Assembly: GCA_944321715.1 (NCBI GenBank)
Contig: CALUMJ010000003.1
Coordinates: forward strand, 22,567 to 86,566
Direction of reading: 5' to 3'
Origin: an uncultured Muribaculaceae bacterium
GTDB taxonomy: Bacteria; Bacteroidota; Bacteroidia; Bacteroidales; Muribaculaceae
Length of the DNA stretch: 64,000 nucleotides
Shown: positions 47,705 through 56,559 of the stretch, piece after piece
Layout of the letters: each line of letters begins with the position of its first letter
How positions within the stretch are numbered: the first letter of the stretch is position 1
Program-made: the position numbers and the translations under genes
The notes under the pieces: model-generated
What the model was told of the DNA's origin: nothing
Seen by the model: the letters and a program-made list of their open reading frames with translations, nothing else
The model's database searches: none

Positions 47705-49282
47705 ATGGGGATTAAATTTTACACGACGTTAGTGTTTGTGGTATTGCCGTTTATGATGCTTGCCCGTAATCGTCAGGATAGTGTGTTGTGTGCGTATGAC
47801 ATTCCGAGGCATCTTGTCAGCACACCTGTTGCGCCCGACAGTAGCGATGTTGCGAGGCTTGAAAAGAAGGCATTCTGGCGAGCATCGGCCGAAACTGTCG
47901 GTTTCAATATCGGACTGTGGGCGTTCGACCGTTATGTGCAAAAAGGGCATTATGCCTACATAAATTTCAATACGATTAAAGAGAATTTCAAGCATGGATT
48001 TGAGTGGGATAACGACCACCTGAGCACCAATATGTTTGCGCACCCCTACAATGGTTCGCTCTTCTATAATGCTGGGCGTTCCAACGGTTACAACTTTTGG
48101 CAATCCGAGTTGTTTGCAATTGGTGGTAGCGCGATGTGGGAAATGTTCATGGAGTGTGAATACCCATCTACCAACGACATCATTGCCACCCCGGTGGGCG
48201 GTGCGGCCATCGGCGAGGTGCTTTACCGCACATCCGACCTCGTGCTTGACGACCGCGCGACTGGCGGCAAACGCTTTGGGCGCGAGTTGGCAGCATTCAT
48301 TATCTCGCCCATGCGTGGATTTACGCGAATCGTCACCGGGAGGGCTTGGGAGAAGCGGGCAACTACTGGCCGACGTTTTGGAGTGCCACCCATCAGCATC
48401 GACCTGTCGCTTGGCTCGCGCATATTGTTGTTCCATAACGACGACAACCTGACAAAGGCTGGTGCAGCCATGCGCCTTGACATCGAATATGGCGACCCAT
48501 TCACATCGTCTATGACGCCATACGACAACTTCAGGTTCTTAATCGAATTGAATGCAATGAAAACGCAACCGCTACTGAGCCGCTTTGAAATCATGGGGCG
48601 ACTGATGTCGGCCGAATTGGTCGATAAGTCCAAGTGTAGCCTGTCGGTGGGAATGTATCAGCATTTCGACTATTTCGACTCCGATACCATAAGCGACAAA
48701 GGTCCCGAATACTTTTATCAGCCGTGTACTGTGCCTTACAAGTTGGGTACTCCGGCTTCGGTAGGCGGCGGAATGGTGTTCAGGTATCTCGATGACCGGC
48801 AGTTGGAATTCGACGCATACGCACATGTCAACGGCATAATATTGGGCGGTGTGTTGAGTGACTTTTACCGCTATTACCATCGCAATTACAATTGGGGGTC
48901 GGGCTACTCGGTCAAATTGGGCTTAAACTTGCACTTGTTAAAGCATAGGTTTATAATATCTGCCGAAGACCAGTTTTATAAACTTTTTACGTGGAATGGC
49001 TATGACCCTACAAGGTTAGACGAGACTCCGTCGGGAGAACCGGTAAACGTGCAGGGCAACTCTTCGACAGCCTCATTCAACCACTTGGAGGTGAGGGCGA
49101 GTTACCGATTGTGGCACAGGATTTATGCCACAATCGGCATCAATCATTATTTCAGGTTCTCAAACTACGACAATTATTTCCGTGACTTGCCATCGGAAGA
49201 TGGAATCCCATTCAATAGCAGTAACATATTGATTAAAAGCCATCAAGTGGACATCCACGCCATGCTCACATATAAATTTTGA
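47705..49282 (+). CDS. DUF3943-family protein, paralog 2
   Basis: Signal peptide from ATG 47705. The N-terminal half is near-identical to paralog 1. Ends in MLTYKF. Confidence 0.75.
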   Translation: MGIKFYTTLVFVVLPFMMLARNRQDSVLCAYDIPRHLVSTPVAPDSSDVARLEKKAFWRASAETVGFNIGLWAFDRYVQKGHYAYINFNTIKENFKHGFEWDNDHLSTNMFAHPYNGSLFYNAGRSNGYNFWQSELFAIGGSAMWEMFMECEYPSTNDIIATPVGGAAIGEVLYRTSDLVLDDRATGGKRFGRELAAFIISPMRGFTRIVTGRAWEKRATTGRRFGVPPISIDLSLGSRILLFHNDDNLTKAGAAMRLDIEYGDPFTSSMTPYDNFRFLIELNAMKTQPLLSRFEIMGRLMSAELVDKSKCSLSVGMYQHFDYFDSDTISDKGPEYFYQPCTVPYKLGTPASVGGGMVFRYLDDRQLEFDAYAHVNGIILGGVLSDFYRYYHRNYNWGSGYSVKLGLNLHLLKHRFIISAEDQFYKLFTWNGYDPTRLDETPSGEPVNVQGNSSTASFNHLEVRASYRLWHRIYATIGINHYFRFSNYDNYFRDLPSEDGIPFNSSNILIKSHQVDIHAMLTYKF

Positions 49283-49350
49283 CCGCACGGCAGCGTTTCA
49301 GCGATTACTACTGCAATCTGTTAATAATCATCAAATTGCGCCATGATGTA

Positions 49351-49383
49351 GTCAATAAATCGCAAAATTTGCGGCTTATTGAC
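49351..49383. repeat. 33-bp imperfect palindrome
   Basis: GTCAATAA-AT-CGCAAA-A-TTTGCG-GC-TTATTGAC, located downstream of DUF3943 paralog 2. Confidence 0.7.
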
Positions 49384-49570
49384 TGCAAATTACATTTTTA
49401 TGGGATAAGGTGCAGCGACACTATTTTGGTTGTTCCTTTGCCTGATGATTGAAATTGCACACAGAGAAATTGTTTTGCTTTTTTTGTCCAATGGCTTGAG
49501 GCAGCCCGTCAAGCCCCATCATCGACGGGTAGCCGAGCGTCTTGCACTTGACGCTGCCATGCGTTTACTG

Positions 49571-49662
49571 CCAAATGACCAAACAGAAATGCGCCAAATG
49601 ACCAAACGAAATCGGTCCAAATGACCAAACGAAAATGCGCCAAATGACCAAATTTTGGGTGC
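49571..49662. repeat. 4 x 23-bp head-to-tail tandem array (core CCAAATGACCAAA), left of the ATPase gene
   Basis: Units start at 49571, 49594, 49617 and 49640, exactly 23 bp apart. Confidence 0.9.
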
Positions 49663-49691
49663 AAATATTTGGTTATCACGGATTGATTGCA

Positions 49692-49699
49692 TATCTTTG
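49692..49699 (+). promoter_or_regulatory. candidate -7 box (TATCTTTG) for the ATPase gene
   Basis: Lies 30 nt after the end of the 23-bp array and 12-24 nt upstream of the candidate ATGs. Confidence 0.45.
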
Positions 49700-49722
49700 T
49701 AAACTCACAAATGTGCAAAGCA

Positions 49723-51000
49723 ATGGAAGGATACAAGCATAGGATAGCCGACCAATTATTGGCAGACAAACTTGATGCAATGGGGGCGGTATTGGTAGAG
49801 GGGCCTAAAGGGTGCGGGAAAACCACTACGGCCGAGCAACAAGCGGGTAGCGTTTTGTATATGGACGACCCAGTCAACTCCGCCCAATACCAGCAAATGG
49901 CACAAACTAATATAAGCATGTTGTTGCGTGGCGGGACACCGCGATTGATTGATGAATGGCAAATTGTTCCACAGTTTTTGGATGCCATACGTTTTGAAGT
50001 TGACCATCGTAATGCCGATGGTCAATTCATTCTTACAGGCTCGGCAGTACCGCCCGATATAAAAAAAATAAATCATACAGGTACAGGACGTTATGGTTGG
50101 CTGACAATGCGAACTATGAGCCTATGGGAGTCGGGAGAGTCGAATGGCAGTGTGGGCGTAGGGGATTTATTTAAGCAGCTTGGCGATATAGCTGGCGTGA
50201 ATGATATTGGTATCGAACAGTTGGCTTTCCTTGTGTGTCGTGGCGGTTGGCCGAGGTCAACATCTAAAAAGACCGAAAAAGCCGCATTGATGCAAGCTAT
50301 TGAATATTATGAGGCAATTGTCCGGACTGATATTTCGCGTGTTGATGATGTGCAGCGCAACGAGGAACGCGCCAAACGCTTATTGCGTTCGTATGCCCGT
50401 CATCAAGGTTCGCAGGCAAGCATCCCAACAATCCTTGCTGATATTGCCGTCAATGAAGCAGAAGATGTGAGCGACGAAACTGTCAGTTCATATTTGAATG
50501 CTTTGAGGAAGATATTTGTGATTGAGGATATGCCAGCTTGGAATCCCAACATACGCAGTAAGACTGCAATACGCACGGCAGATACGCGCTATTTTACAGA
50601 CCCTTCAATAGCTTGTGCCGCATTGGGGCTTGGACCAGAGGACCTCATAAACGACTTGAATACATTCGGATTATTCTTTGAAACGTTATGTGTGCGCGAC
50701 TTGCGTGTGTATGCCGATGCACTTGGTGGCAAGGTATATCATTACAGAGACAAAACGGGCTTGGAATGCGATGCCGTTATACATTTGCGTAATGGATTGT
50801 ATGGATTGATTGAAGTAAAACTTGGCGGTGACAAATTAATTGAGGAAGGTTCAAAAAATTTGTTGACGTTAAGCGATAAGATTGACACTACAAAGATGAA
50901 AACACCGGCATTCAAGATGGTGTTAGTTGGTGTGGGGAAGTATGCTTATCAACGTCAGGACGGTGTATATGTAGTACCTATCGGGTGTTTAAAAGATTGA
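49723..51000 (+). CDS. AAA_14/DUF4143-type ATP-binding protein (COG1373-like)
   Basis: Walker A GPKGCGKTT and Walker-B-like RLIDEWQ, with a DUF4143-like C-terminal half. The start is ambiguous (ATG 49711 or 49723; the track uses TTG 49687). Confidence 0.8.
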   Translation: MEGYKHRIADQLLADKLDAMGAVLVEGPKGCGKTTTAEQQAGSVLYMDDPVNSAQYQQMAQTNISMLLRGGTPRLIDEWQIVPQFLDAIRFEVDHRNADGQFILTGSAVPPDIKKINHTGTGRYGWLTMRTMSLWESGESNGSVGVGDLFKQLGDIAGVNDIGIEQLAFLVCRGGWPRSTSKKTEKAALMQAIEYYEAIVRTDISRVDDVQRNEERAKRLLRSYARHQGSQASIPTILADIAVNEAEDVSDETVSSYLNALRKIFVIEDMPAWNPNIRSKTAIRTADTRYFTDPSIACAALGLGPEDLINDLNTFGLFFETLCVRDLRVYADALGGKVYHYRDKTGLECDAVIHLRNGLYGLIEVKLGGDKLIEEGSKNLLTLSDKIDTTKMKTPAFKMVLVGVGKYAYQRQDGVYVVPIGCLKD

Positions 51001-51022
51001 CATTGCTAATGTGTAACGACTG

Positions 51023-51091
51023 CCAAATGACCAAACGAAATCGGTCCAAATGACCAGACAAAAATGCGCCAAATGACCAAATTTTGGGTGC
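51023..51091. repeat. 3 x 23-bp tandem array of the same unit, right of the ATPase gene
   Basis: Units start at 51023, 51046 (CCAAATGACCAGA) and 51069. The array is near-identical to left units 2-4 plus the flanking sequence. Confidence 0.9.
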
Positions 51092-51141
51092 AATCATTTG
51101 GTAATTAGGTGATTGTCTGAATGTGGTTTTGTGCGGTTTTG

Positions 51142-51930
51142 TCATTGATAGATGATGCCGAAGTGGGCGAGGGCTCGGGCGATGCCGTCATCATCGACCG
51201 GCGTGGTGATATAGTCGGCATGTGGCTTGATTGATTCGTTGGCATTTCCCATTGCCACGCCTATGCCTGCAATTTCTATTATGGGCAGGTCGTTGCCGCC
51301 GTCGCCGAATGCCATTGTTTCGCTGCGGTCGATGCCCGTGTGGTTGCATATTGCCAGCAATCCGTTTCCTTTGTTCACGCCACGGGCTGTAATGTCGGCA
51401 AAATAGGGACACCATCGGCTCGACACGCAATGCTGCAGGTGTGTCACGAGCCGCATTTCTTCAGTTTCGTCGATGATTGGTGTGAATTGCAGCACGCCCT
51501 GACGCACCACCTCGTCGAGAGGCATGTCGCTCCACTGGAAATGCAAGTCGAGCATTTCGCCGAACTGGCGTTCCAATTTGTCGTTGAGGTTGTGGAAAAC
51601 GATGTCGTTGCGACCCACCACCATGCAAGCTGTGCCTGTAGTGCGCAGGTAGTCGGCTATGATGGCAGCATCGGTGCTGTCGATGGGTGTGGACTGCTCG
51701 AAACCATCGAGCATGAAGCTGTGTGCCCCGTTGGTGGTGATGTAGCCGTCGATGAGTGGCTTTATTGCGTCGATGTTGTTAATCAGCGGGTATGCACGCC
51801 CTGTCGAGATGAAAATCTTCACCCCGCGCGCCTTGGCAGCCTTGAGTGCCTCAATGGCCGATGCCGGAATGCGGTGCGTGTCGAAACTGACCAAAGTGCC
51901 GTCAATATCGAAAAACAGTGCCTTAACCAT
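51142..51930 (-). CDS. Cof-type HAD-IIB phosphatase
   Basis: Internal ATG at 51930. FFDIDGTL, ISTGR and GDGGNDL motifs. The track ORF extension overlaps the MBOAT gene. Confidence 0.88.
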   Translation of the reverse strand: MVKALFFDIDGTLVSFDTHRIPASAIEALKAAKARGVKIFISTGRAYPLINNIDAIKPLIDGYITTNGAHSFMLDGFEQSTPIDSTDAAIIADYLRTTGTACMVVGRNDIVFHNLNDKLERQFGEMLDLHFQWSDMPLDEVVRQGVLQFTPIIDETEEMRLVTHLQHCVSSRWCPYFADITARGVNKGNGLLAICNHTGIDRSETMAFGDGGNDLPIIEIAGIGVAMGNANESIKPHADYITTPVDDDGIARALAHFGIIYQ

Positions 51931-51956
51931 GTAGTTGAGTGGTCCTTGTGATAATG

Positions 51957-53453
51957 TTAGAATTGGAAATAGATGAAGGGCTGTATTTCGCTGCTTTTCA
52001 TTTGGATGGCGAGGTAGATGGCAATGACCAGCACGAGCCAGTAGCCGATGACGGGCATTTTCACCATCAGGCGTTTGGTTGCTGATTCCCACGATGCCGG
52101 GAGGAAGTGGAGCGTAAAACCAATTGCCATCACAAGCAATACTTTCCAATAGCCCTCGACGAGTTGCGGCAGCAGCTCGATGTGGAACGATGTGCCTATT
52201 TGGCGCAGCATAGCCATTGAATTGTCGAAATCGGTGTTGCGGAAGAAAATCCAGCACAGGCACACAAAATGGAACGTGATGAACACACAGAATGTCTGCG
52301 CCCAGAAGCCGTGCTTCTGCCCGACCTTCTGCCCAGTCACGGCCATCCATATTTTGTGGAATGCAAGTGCTATGCCGTGGAGCAATCCCCACAGCACGAA
52401 GTTCCACGAGGCTCCATGCCACAGTCCGCCAAGGAACATCGTCAGAATGAGATTGATATATTGGCGCACCCGGCCTTTGCGGTTGCCTCCAAGCGAGATA
52501 TACAGGTAATCTTTCAGCCAACTCGACAACGATATGTGCCACCGTCGCCAAAACTCGGTGATTGATGCCGATTTATAGGGACTGTCGAAGTTGATATTGA
52601 AGTGGAAACCGAGTAGCAGCGCGATGCCGATGGCCATGTCGCTGTAGCCCGAGAAGTCGCAATAGATTTGCAGGGCATATCCGTATAATCCGACAAGGTT
52701 CTCAAGCCCAGAATACAGGGCAGGGTTGTCGAAGATGCGGTCAACGAAGTTGATGCTGATGTAATCGCCGATTACCACTTTCTTGAACAATCCACACACT
52801 ATGAAGTAGATGCCTGTACCGAGCATTTCGCGAGTGACTATGAGCGGCCGACGGATTTGTGGAATGAAATCCTTGGCCCGGACGATGGGGCCAGCCACAA
52901 GTTGCGGGAAAAACGATACGAAGAAAGCGTAGTCCATGATACGGTCGAGTGGCTCGATGCGTCGGCGGTAAACATCGATGGTGTAGCTGAGCGACTGGAA
53001 TGTGAAGAATGATATGCCGACAGGCAAGAATATGTCGAGCGGTTCGAAATGCCCGCCTGTGAAGTCGGCCCACACCTGTCCGAAGAAGTTGGTGTATTTG
53101 AAGTAGCACAGCAATCCAATGTTGATTAAAAGGCTGAGTGTGACAAGTCCTTTTCGAGCCCAGCGTCCCGATGTGCGTCCCATCCACCGTGCGATAAAGT
53201 AGTCGCACACAGTGACGAGCGCGAGCAAGAAAAAGAACATCCCGCTGCTTTTGTAGTAAAAATAATAGGAAAAGAGTATTACAAACGCTATGCGGGCGTT
53301 ATCCTTGTGCTGGAGGCAATTGTAAACAACCAGGAAGCCAACGAATAGCCACAAGAAAACGCCGCTACTGAAAATCATCGGTGCGGCAGGGTCGTATGTG
53401 AGCAAGTCGCCGATTCGAGCCAATGCGTCGGTTATGTAGTTCCAGTCAATCAT
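51957..53453 (-). CDS. MBOAT-family O-acyltransferase (AlgI/PatA/DltB-like)
   Basis: 498 aa and polytopic. Conserved FWRRWHISLSSWLKDYLY and GLWHGASWNF histidine motifs. Confidence 0.9.
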   Translation of the reverse strand: MIDWNYITDALARIGDLLTYDPAAPMIFSSGVFLWLFVGFLVVYNCLQHKDNARIAFVILFSYYFYYKSSGMFFFLLALVTVCDYFIARWMGRTSGRWARKGLVTLSLLINIGLLCYFKYTNFFGQVWADFTGGHFEPLDIFLPVGISFFTFQSLSYTIDVYRRRIEPLDRIMDYAFFVSFFPQLVAGPIVRAKDFIPQIRRPLIVTREMLGTGIYFIVCGLFKKVVIGDYISINFVDRIFDNPALYSGLENLVGLYGYALQIYCDFSGYSDMAIGIALLLGFHFNINFDSPYKSASITEFWRRWHISLSSWLKDYLYISLGGNRKGRVRQYINLILTMFLGGLWHGASWNFVLWGLLHGIALAFHKIWMAVTGQKVGQKHGFWAQTFCVFITFHFVCLCWIFFRNTDFDNSMAMLRQIGTSFHIELLPQLVEGYWKVLLVMAIGFTLHFLPASWESATKRLMVKMPVIGYWLVLVIAIYLAIQMKSSEIQPFIYFQF

Positions 53454-54948
53454 CTGTCATTGTGGTTTTATTATATTCTTCTTTACCTTTGAGCAAAGCG
53501 TTATAGAAATATCCGGCAAGCCGTCGGCCACCGAGGAAGTTGATGTGAGTGTAATCGCCATTTGCTTCGCGCGGAGTGTTTTCCACCATTTTCACGATGC
53601 TGCCTTCGCCGCCCATTGCATCAAACATGCTCCAAAATGCCACGCCACTCTCGGCAGCAATCAGCCGCTGGTATTTCACCATTGCCAGCACGCCGCGCAT
53701 GGTGCGCATTTCGCCGTCGCGGCGTTCGCAACGGTCGCCGACACTTACCACCAATATGCCGCTGCCGGGGCAATTTCGCTTCAGGTGGTCGATGACGTCG
53801 CACATGCGCTCTTTGTATCCGGCATAGTTGGTGATGTCGGGCGTTATGGCATTCAGCCCAAACATGAGTATGATTAGGTCGTAATGTCGTAGCTTGTCAT
53901 ATTCGGCAAGGTTCTGTTCGGGTATTCCCAACAGGTTGGGGCCGGCTGTGCTGCGCATCGAGTAGCAGTCGAGTATGATGCCTCTGTTGCAATCCATTGT
54001 TGCTCCATAGAATGTATAGTCATTGCCAGCGGCACCGACCGACCAGCGCACGCGGCCTATTTTCTCGTCGTCGGCGTTGATTGTGAGCATTTGCATCTCT
54101 TGCCGAGGTTCAATGTCGAATCTTTGCTTTTGTTGTCCGCCATTGATAGATGCTGTTATGGTGCATGGGGCGAATGCGCGGAAATAGATTGACGATTGGT
54201 CGCAACTGTCCAAGTGGCTGTAATATTTGCGTTGGCCGCTCAGCTCGACAGTCGCCGAGCTGTCGGGGATGGCATATTCGCCCGATATGATTTCGCGACT
54301 GCGGTCAAAGCCCTTTCCTGTGTCGGTGACCTTGTGGGAGTTCCAGCCCGAGAAGCTGTGGCGCACGCTGCGGCGGAAGCCGTAGGTTTCGGACGTTATA
54401 GGCACATATCCCACACCGCAGCCGCCATATTGCTGCTGCAGCATCATGCGCAGGTCGGCGGTGAGTATGTCGCCTTCGATGTATGAGTCGCCCAATACGG
54501 CAATTCTCACTGTGCCGCCGTCGCCATTGGCCATGCGGTCGAGTGCCGAGTAGAATGGCTCCATGCCGTAGCCGTCGCCCATGCTGAAGTCCTCGATTGC
54601 CGCGTTGCCTGTGCCGCCATGCAACGTTGTGTCGGTGCTTGCTGGTTGTGTCTGCCGGCGCGTGTCTGCGTGTCTGACGACTTTGTCTTGCTTTGCAGAG
54701 TCTTGTGCCACCTTTGCGGCCGCTTTTTTTGCCGCGATTATCGAGTCGGCGCGGCGGTCGATTATTTCGGCAAGTGCGGCATCTTCGGGGTCGGCATTGC
54801 TTGTTGATGGTTTTATGTCGGCGAGTATGTCAACTTTTTTCAATTGAGTGCCCATGATTGACAATTGTGGCAACTTGTTCATAGCAAGCAGGGTGATTAT
54901 AACTGCCACAACGAGCCACAGCACCACATGAAGATAATTTTTTTTCAT
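53446..54948 (-). CDS. membrane-anchored SGNH/GDSL-type hydrolase/acyltransferase
   Basis: N-terminal TM anchor, a low-complexity linker, and block I VRIAVLGDSYIEGD. There is an 8-nt overlap with the MBOAT start. Confidence 0.7.
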   Translation of the reverse strand: MKKNYLHVVLWLVVAVIITLLAMNKLPQLSIMGTQLKKVDILADIKPSTSNADPEDAALAEIIDRRADSIIAAKKAAAKVAQDSAKQDKVVRHADTRRQTQPASTDTTLHGGTGNAAIEDFSMGDGYGMEPFYSALDRMANGDGGTVRIAVLGDSYIEGDILTADLRMMLQQQYGGCGVGYVPITSETYGFRRSVRHSFSGWNSHKVTDTGKGFDRSREIISGEYAIPDSSATVELSGQRKYYSHLDSCDQSSIYFRAFAPCTITASINGGQQKQRFDIEPRQEMQMLTINADDEKIGRVRWSVGAAGNDYTFYGATMDCNRGIILDCYSMRSTAGPNLLGIPEQNLAEYDKLRHYDLIILMFGLNAITPDITNYAGYKERMCDVIDHLKRNCPGSGILVVSVGDRCERRDGEMRTMRGVLAMVKYQRLIAAESGVAFWSMFDAMGGEGSIVKMVENTPREANGDYTHINFLGGRRLAGYFYNALLKGKEEYNKTTMTDD

Positions 54949-55044
54949 CGTGCATGATTTTGAGCCGGTAAAATTAGTAATTCTTTTTCACCTGTCTTGA
55001 TTTTTTACCGATATTATGCCGCATTGCGCCTATTATTTGTAGCA

Positions 55045-56037
55045 TTATCGCAAGCGCAGTGTGATGCCCTGTTTCAGCGAGCGATGTGAATTGCTGGTCG
55101 ATAGACGGTTCATTTTGCATAACTGTTTCAATTTTATGCCGAATTGTTGTGCGACCTCGTAGGAAGTGTCGCCTATGCGTGTCGTGTAGGTGCTTGGTGA
55201 CGACAGTTGGGCGGCATCTCTCTTTTCTTCGAGATATACGATGCTTCCTGGCGCAATTTCATTGTTGCGTTTGCGCCAACTGATGTCGTTGAACGATGTG
55301 AGCCGGCGAGTGCGCATGCTAAATTCTTCGGCAATCTTTGAATAGGTGTCGCCTTCCTTGGCGATGACGCAATACAGTCCATTGCGCTGCACTATGTCGT
55401 GCGCCGATGTGATTTCCTCGTATATTTCGCTGTCGATGGAGTGCTGCAGCGACTCGTCGCCTTCGAGGTGCTTGGGTTGCGCTATTACTGGTTGCCCTGT
55501 ATCGTAGCGGTATAATTCATAACTTTCAATGATGTCGATTAGCTTGTCGGCATAACGCTTGTCGGTCGCATAGCCACACTTGCGCAAGGTGCGCGCCCAG
55601 CCCTTGTAGTCGGTAACGTCAAGGTCAAACAGAGGCGCGTATCGCTTCTGCTTGAGGAAGCGGGCGTGGTCTTCAAACGAGTCGTCGGCCGAGCGGTAGC
55701 TGCGGAAGCATTCGTCGCGTTCGTCATCGTCGGCATATATTTTGTCGCCGTTCCATGCACGTCCGTGGCACTTGATGCCAAAGTGGTTGTTGCCCACGGT
55801 GGCAAGGCGGCTTCGCCCGGCGCGGCTTTCGAGCAATCCTTGCGCGAGGGTTATGCTGGCGGGAATGCCATATTGTTGCTGGTGCAGGATGGCTATGTGG
55901 CGGTATTTCTCGATATATTCAAGGTATGCGGCCGATTGCCCTTGTACAGCTGTTGCTCCAGCTATGCAAAGAATAAGTATCGTTAACTTGACAATCCAAA
56001 AATTATGGATATATTTGCATAAATATAGTATAGCCAT
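55045..56037 (-). CDS. N-acetylglucosaminidase-domain protein with two LysM repeats
   Basis: Glucosaminidase motif GIPASITLAQGLLESRAG...NNHFGIKC. Two C-terminal LysM modules. Confidence 0.85.
   Translation of the reverse strand: MAILYLCKYIHNFWIVKLTILILCIAGATAVQGQSAAYLEYIEKYRHIAILHQQQYGIPASITLAQGLLESRAGRSRLATVGNNHFGIKCHGRAWNGDKIYADDDERDECFRSYRSADDSFEDHARFLKQKRYAPLFDLDVTDYKGWARTLRKCGYATDKRYADKLIDIIESYELYRYDTGQPVIAQPKHLEGDESLQHSIDSEIYEEITSAHDIVQRNGLYCVIAKEGDTYSKIAEEFSMRTRRLTSFNDISWRKRNNEIAPGSIVYLEEKRDAAQLSSPSTYTTRIGDTSYEVAQQFGIKLKQLCKMNRLSTSNSHRSLKQGITLRLR
56010..56017 (+). promoter_or_regulatory. candidate -7 box (TATATTTG) for cdd, inside the glucosaminidase 5' coding region
   Basis: 19 nt upstream of ATG 56036. 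Confidence 0.4.
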
Positions 56038-56506
56038 GGAAGAAATAATTATACCTGCAAAGATAAGGGTTTACTCTTATAATGAATTGCACGAAGATGA
56101 TAAAAAGTTGGCCGATGCAGCCCGTGAGGCTTGTTCGAGAGCATACGCACCGTATAGCAAGTTTCATGTGGGGGCTGCTTTGCTGCTTGCCAATGGCGAG
56201 GTCGTGACTGGTGCTAACCAAGAGAATGCAGCTTTCCCTGCCGGAACATGTGCCGAACGGACAGCCATATTTTATGCCGCCGCGCGCTACCCGGGTGTGC
56301 GTTTCGAGAAACTTGCCATTGCCGCATGGCAGGGTGGCGATTTTGTCGAGGAGCCTGTGTCGCCATGTGGTGTGTGTCGGCAGGCTATATTGGAATATGA
56401 GAAAATCGGCGGTAAGGCAATAGAGATATTTCTCTGTGGCAGGAACAAGGTGTATTGCGTCGATGGCATTCGCACCATGCTTCCGCTGAGTTTCGAGGAA
56501 TTTTGA
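56036..56506 (+). CDS. cdd: cytidine deaminase
   Basis: Internal ATG at 56036. Zinc motifs CAERTAIF and PCGVCRQ. Confidence 0.9.
   Translation: MEEIIIPAKIRVYSYNELHEDDKKLADAAREACSRAYAPYSKFHVGAALLLANGEVVTGANQENAAFPAGTCAERTAIFYAAARYPGVRFEKLAIAAWQGGDFVEEPVSPCGVCRQAILEYEKIGGKAIEIFLCGRNKVYCVDGIRTMLPLSFEEF
56058..56065 (-). promoter_or_regulatory. candidate -7 box (TATCTTTG) for the glucosaminidase gene, inside the cdd 5' coding region
   Basis: 21 nt upstream of ATG 56037 on the minus strand. Confidence 0.4.
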
Positions 56507-56559
56507 GGTTCCCCCTAAATTCTACGATTAATCCGTCACAGTTTTGCGTTGTTATCGGC

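Noticed and set aside
49571-49662. The 23-bp tandem repeats as a CRISPR array.
   Set aside because: The units are contiguous with no unique spacers, are only 23 bp long, number 3-4 per side, and have no cas genes nearby. This is an iteron- or satellite-like array, not a CRISPR.
49509-49988. 159-aa minus-strand ORF containing a repeated FGHLA peptide motif.
   Set aside because: The peptide repeat is just the translation of the 23-bp DNA array. The ORF overlaps the ATPase promoter and 5' end, and no domain was recognised.
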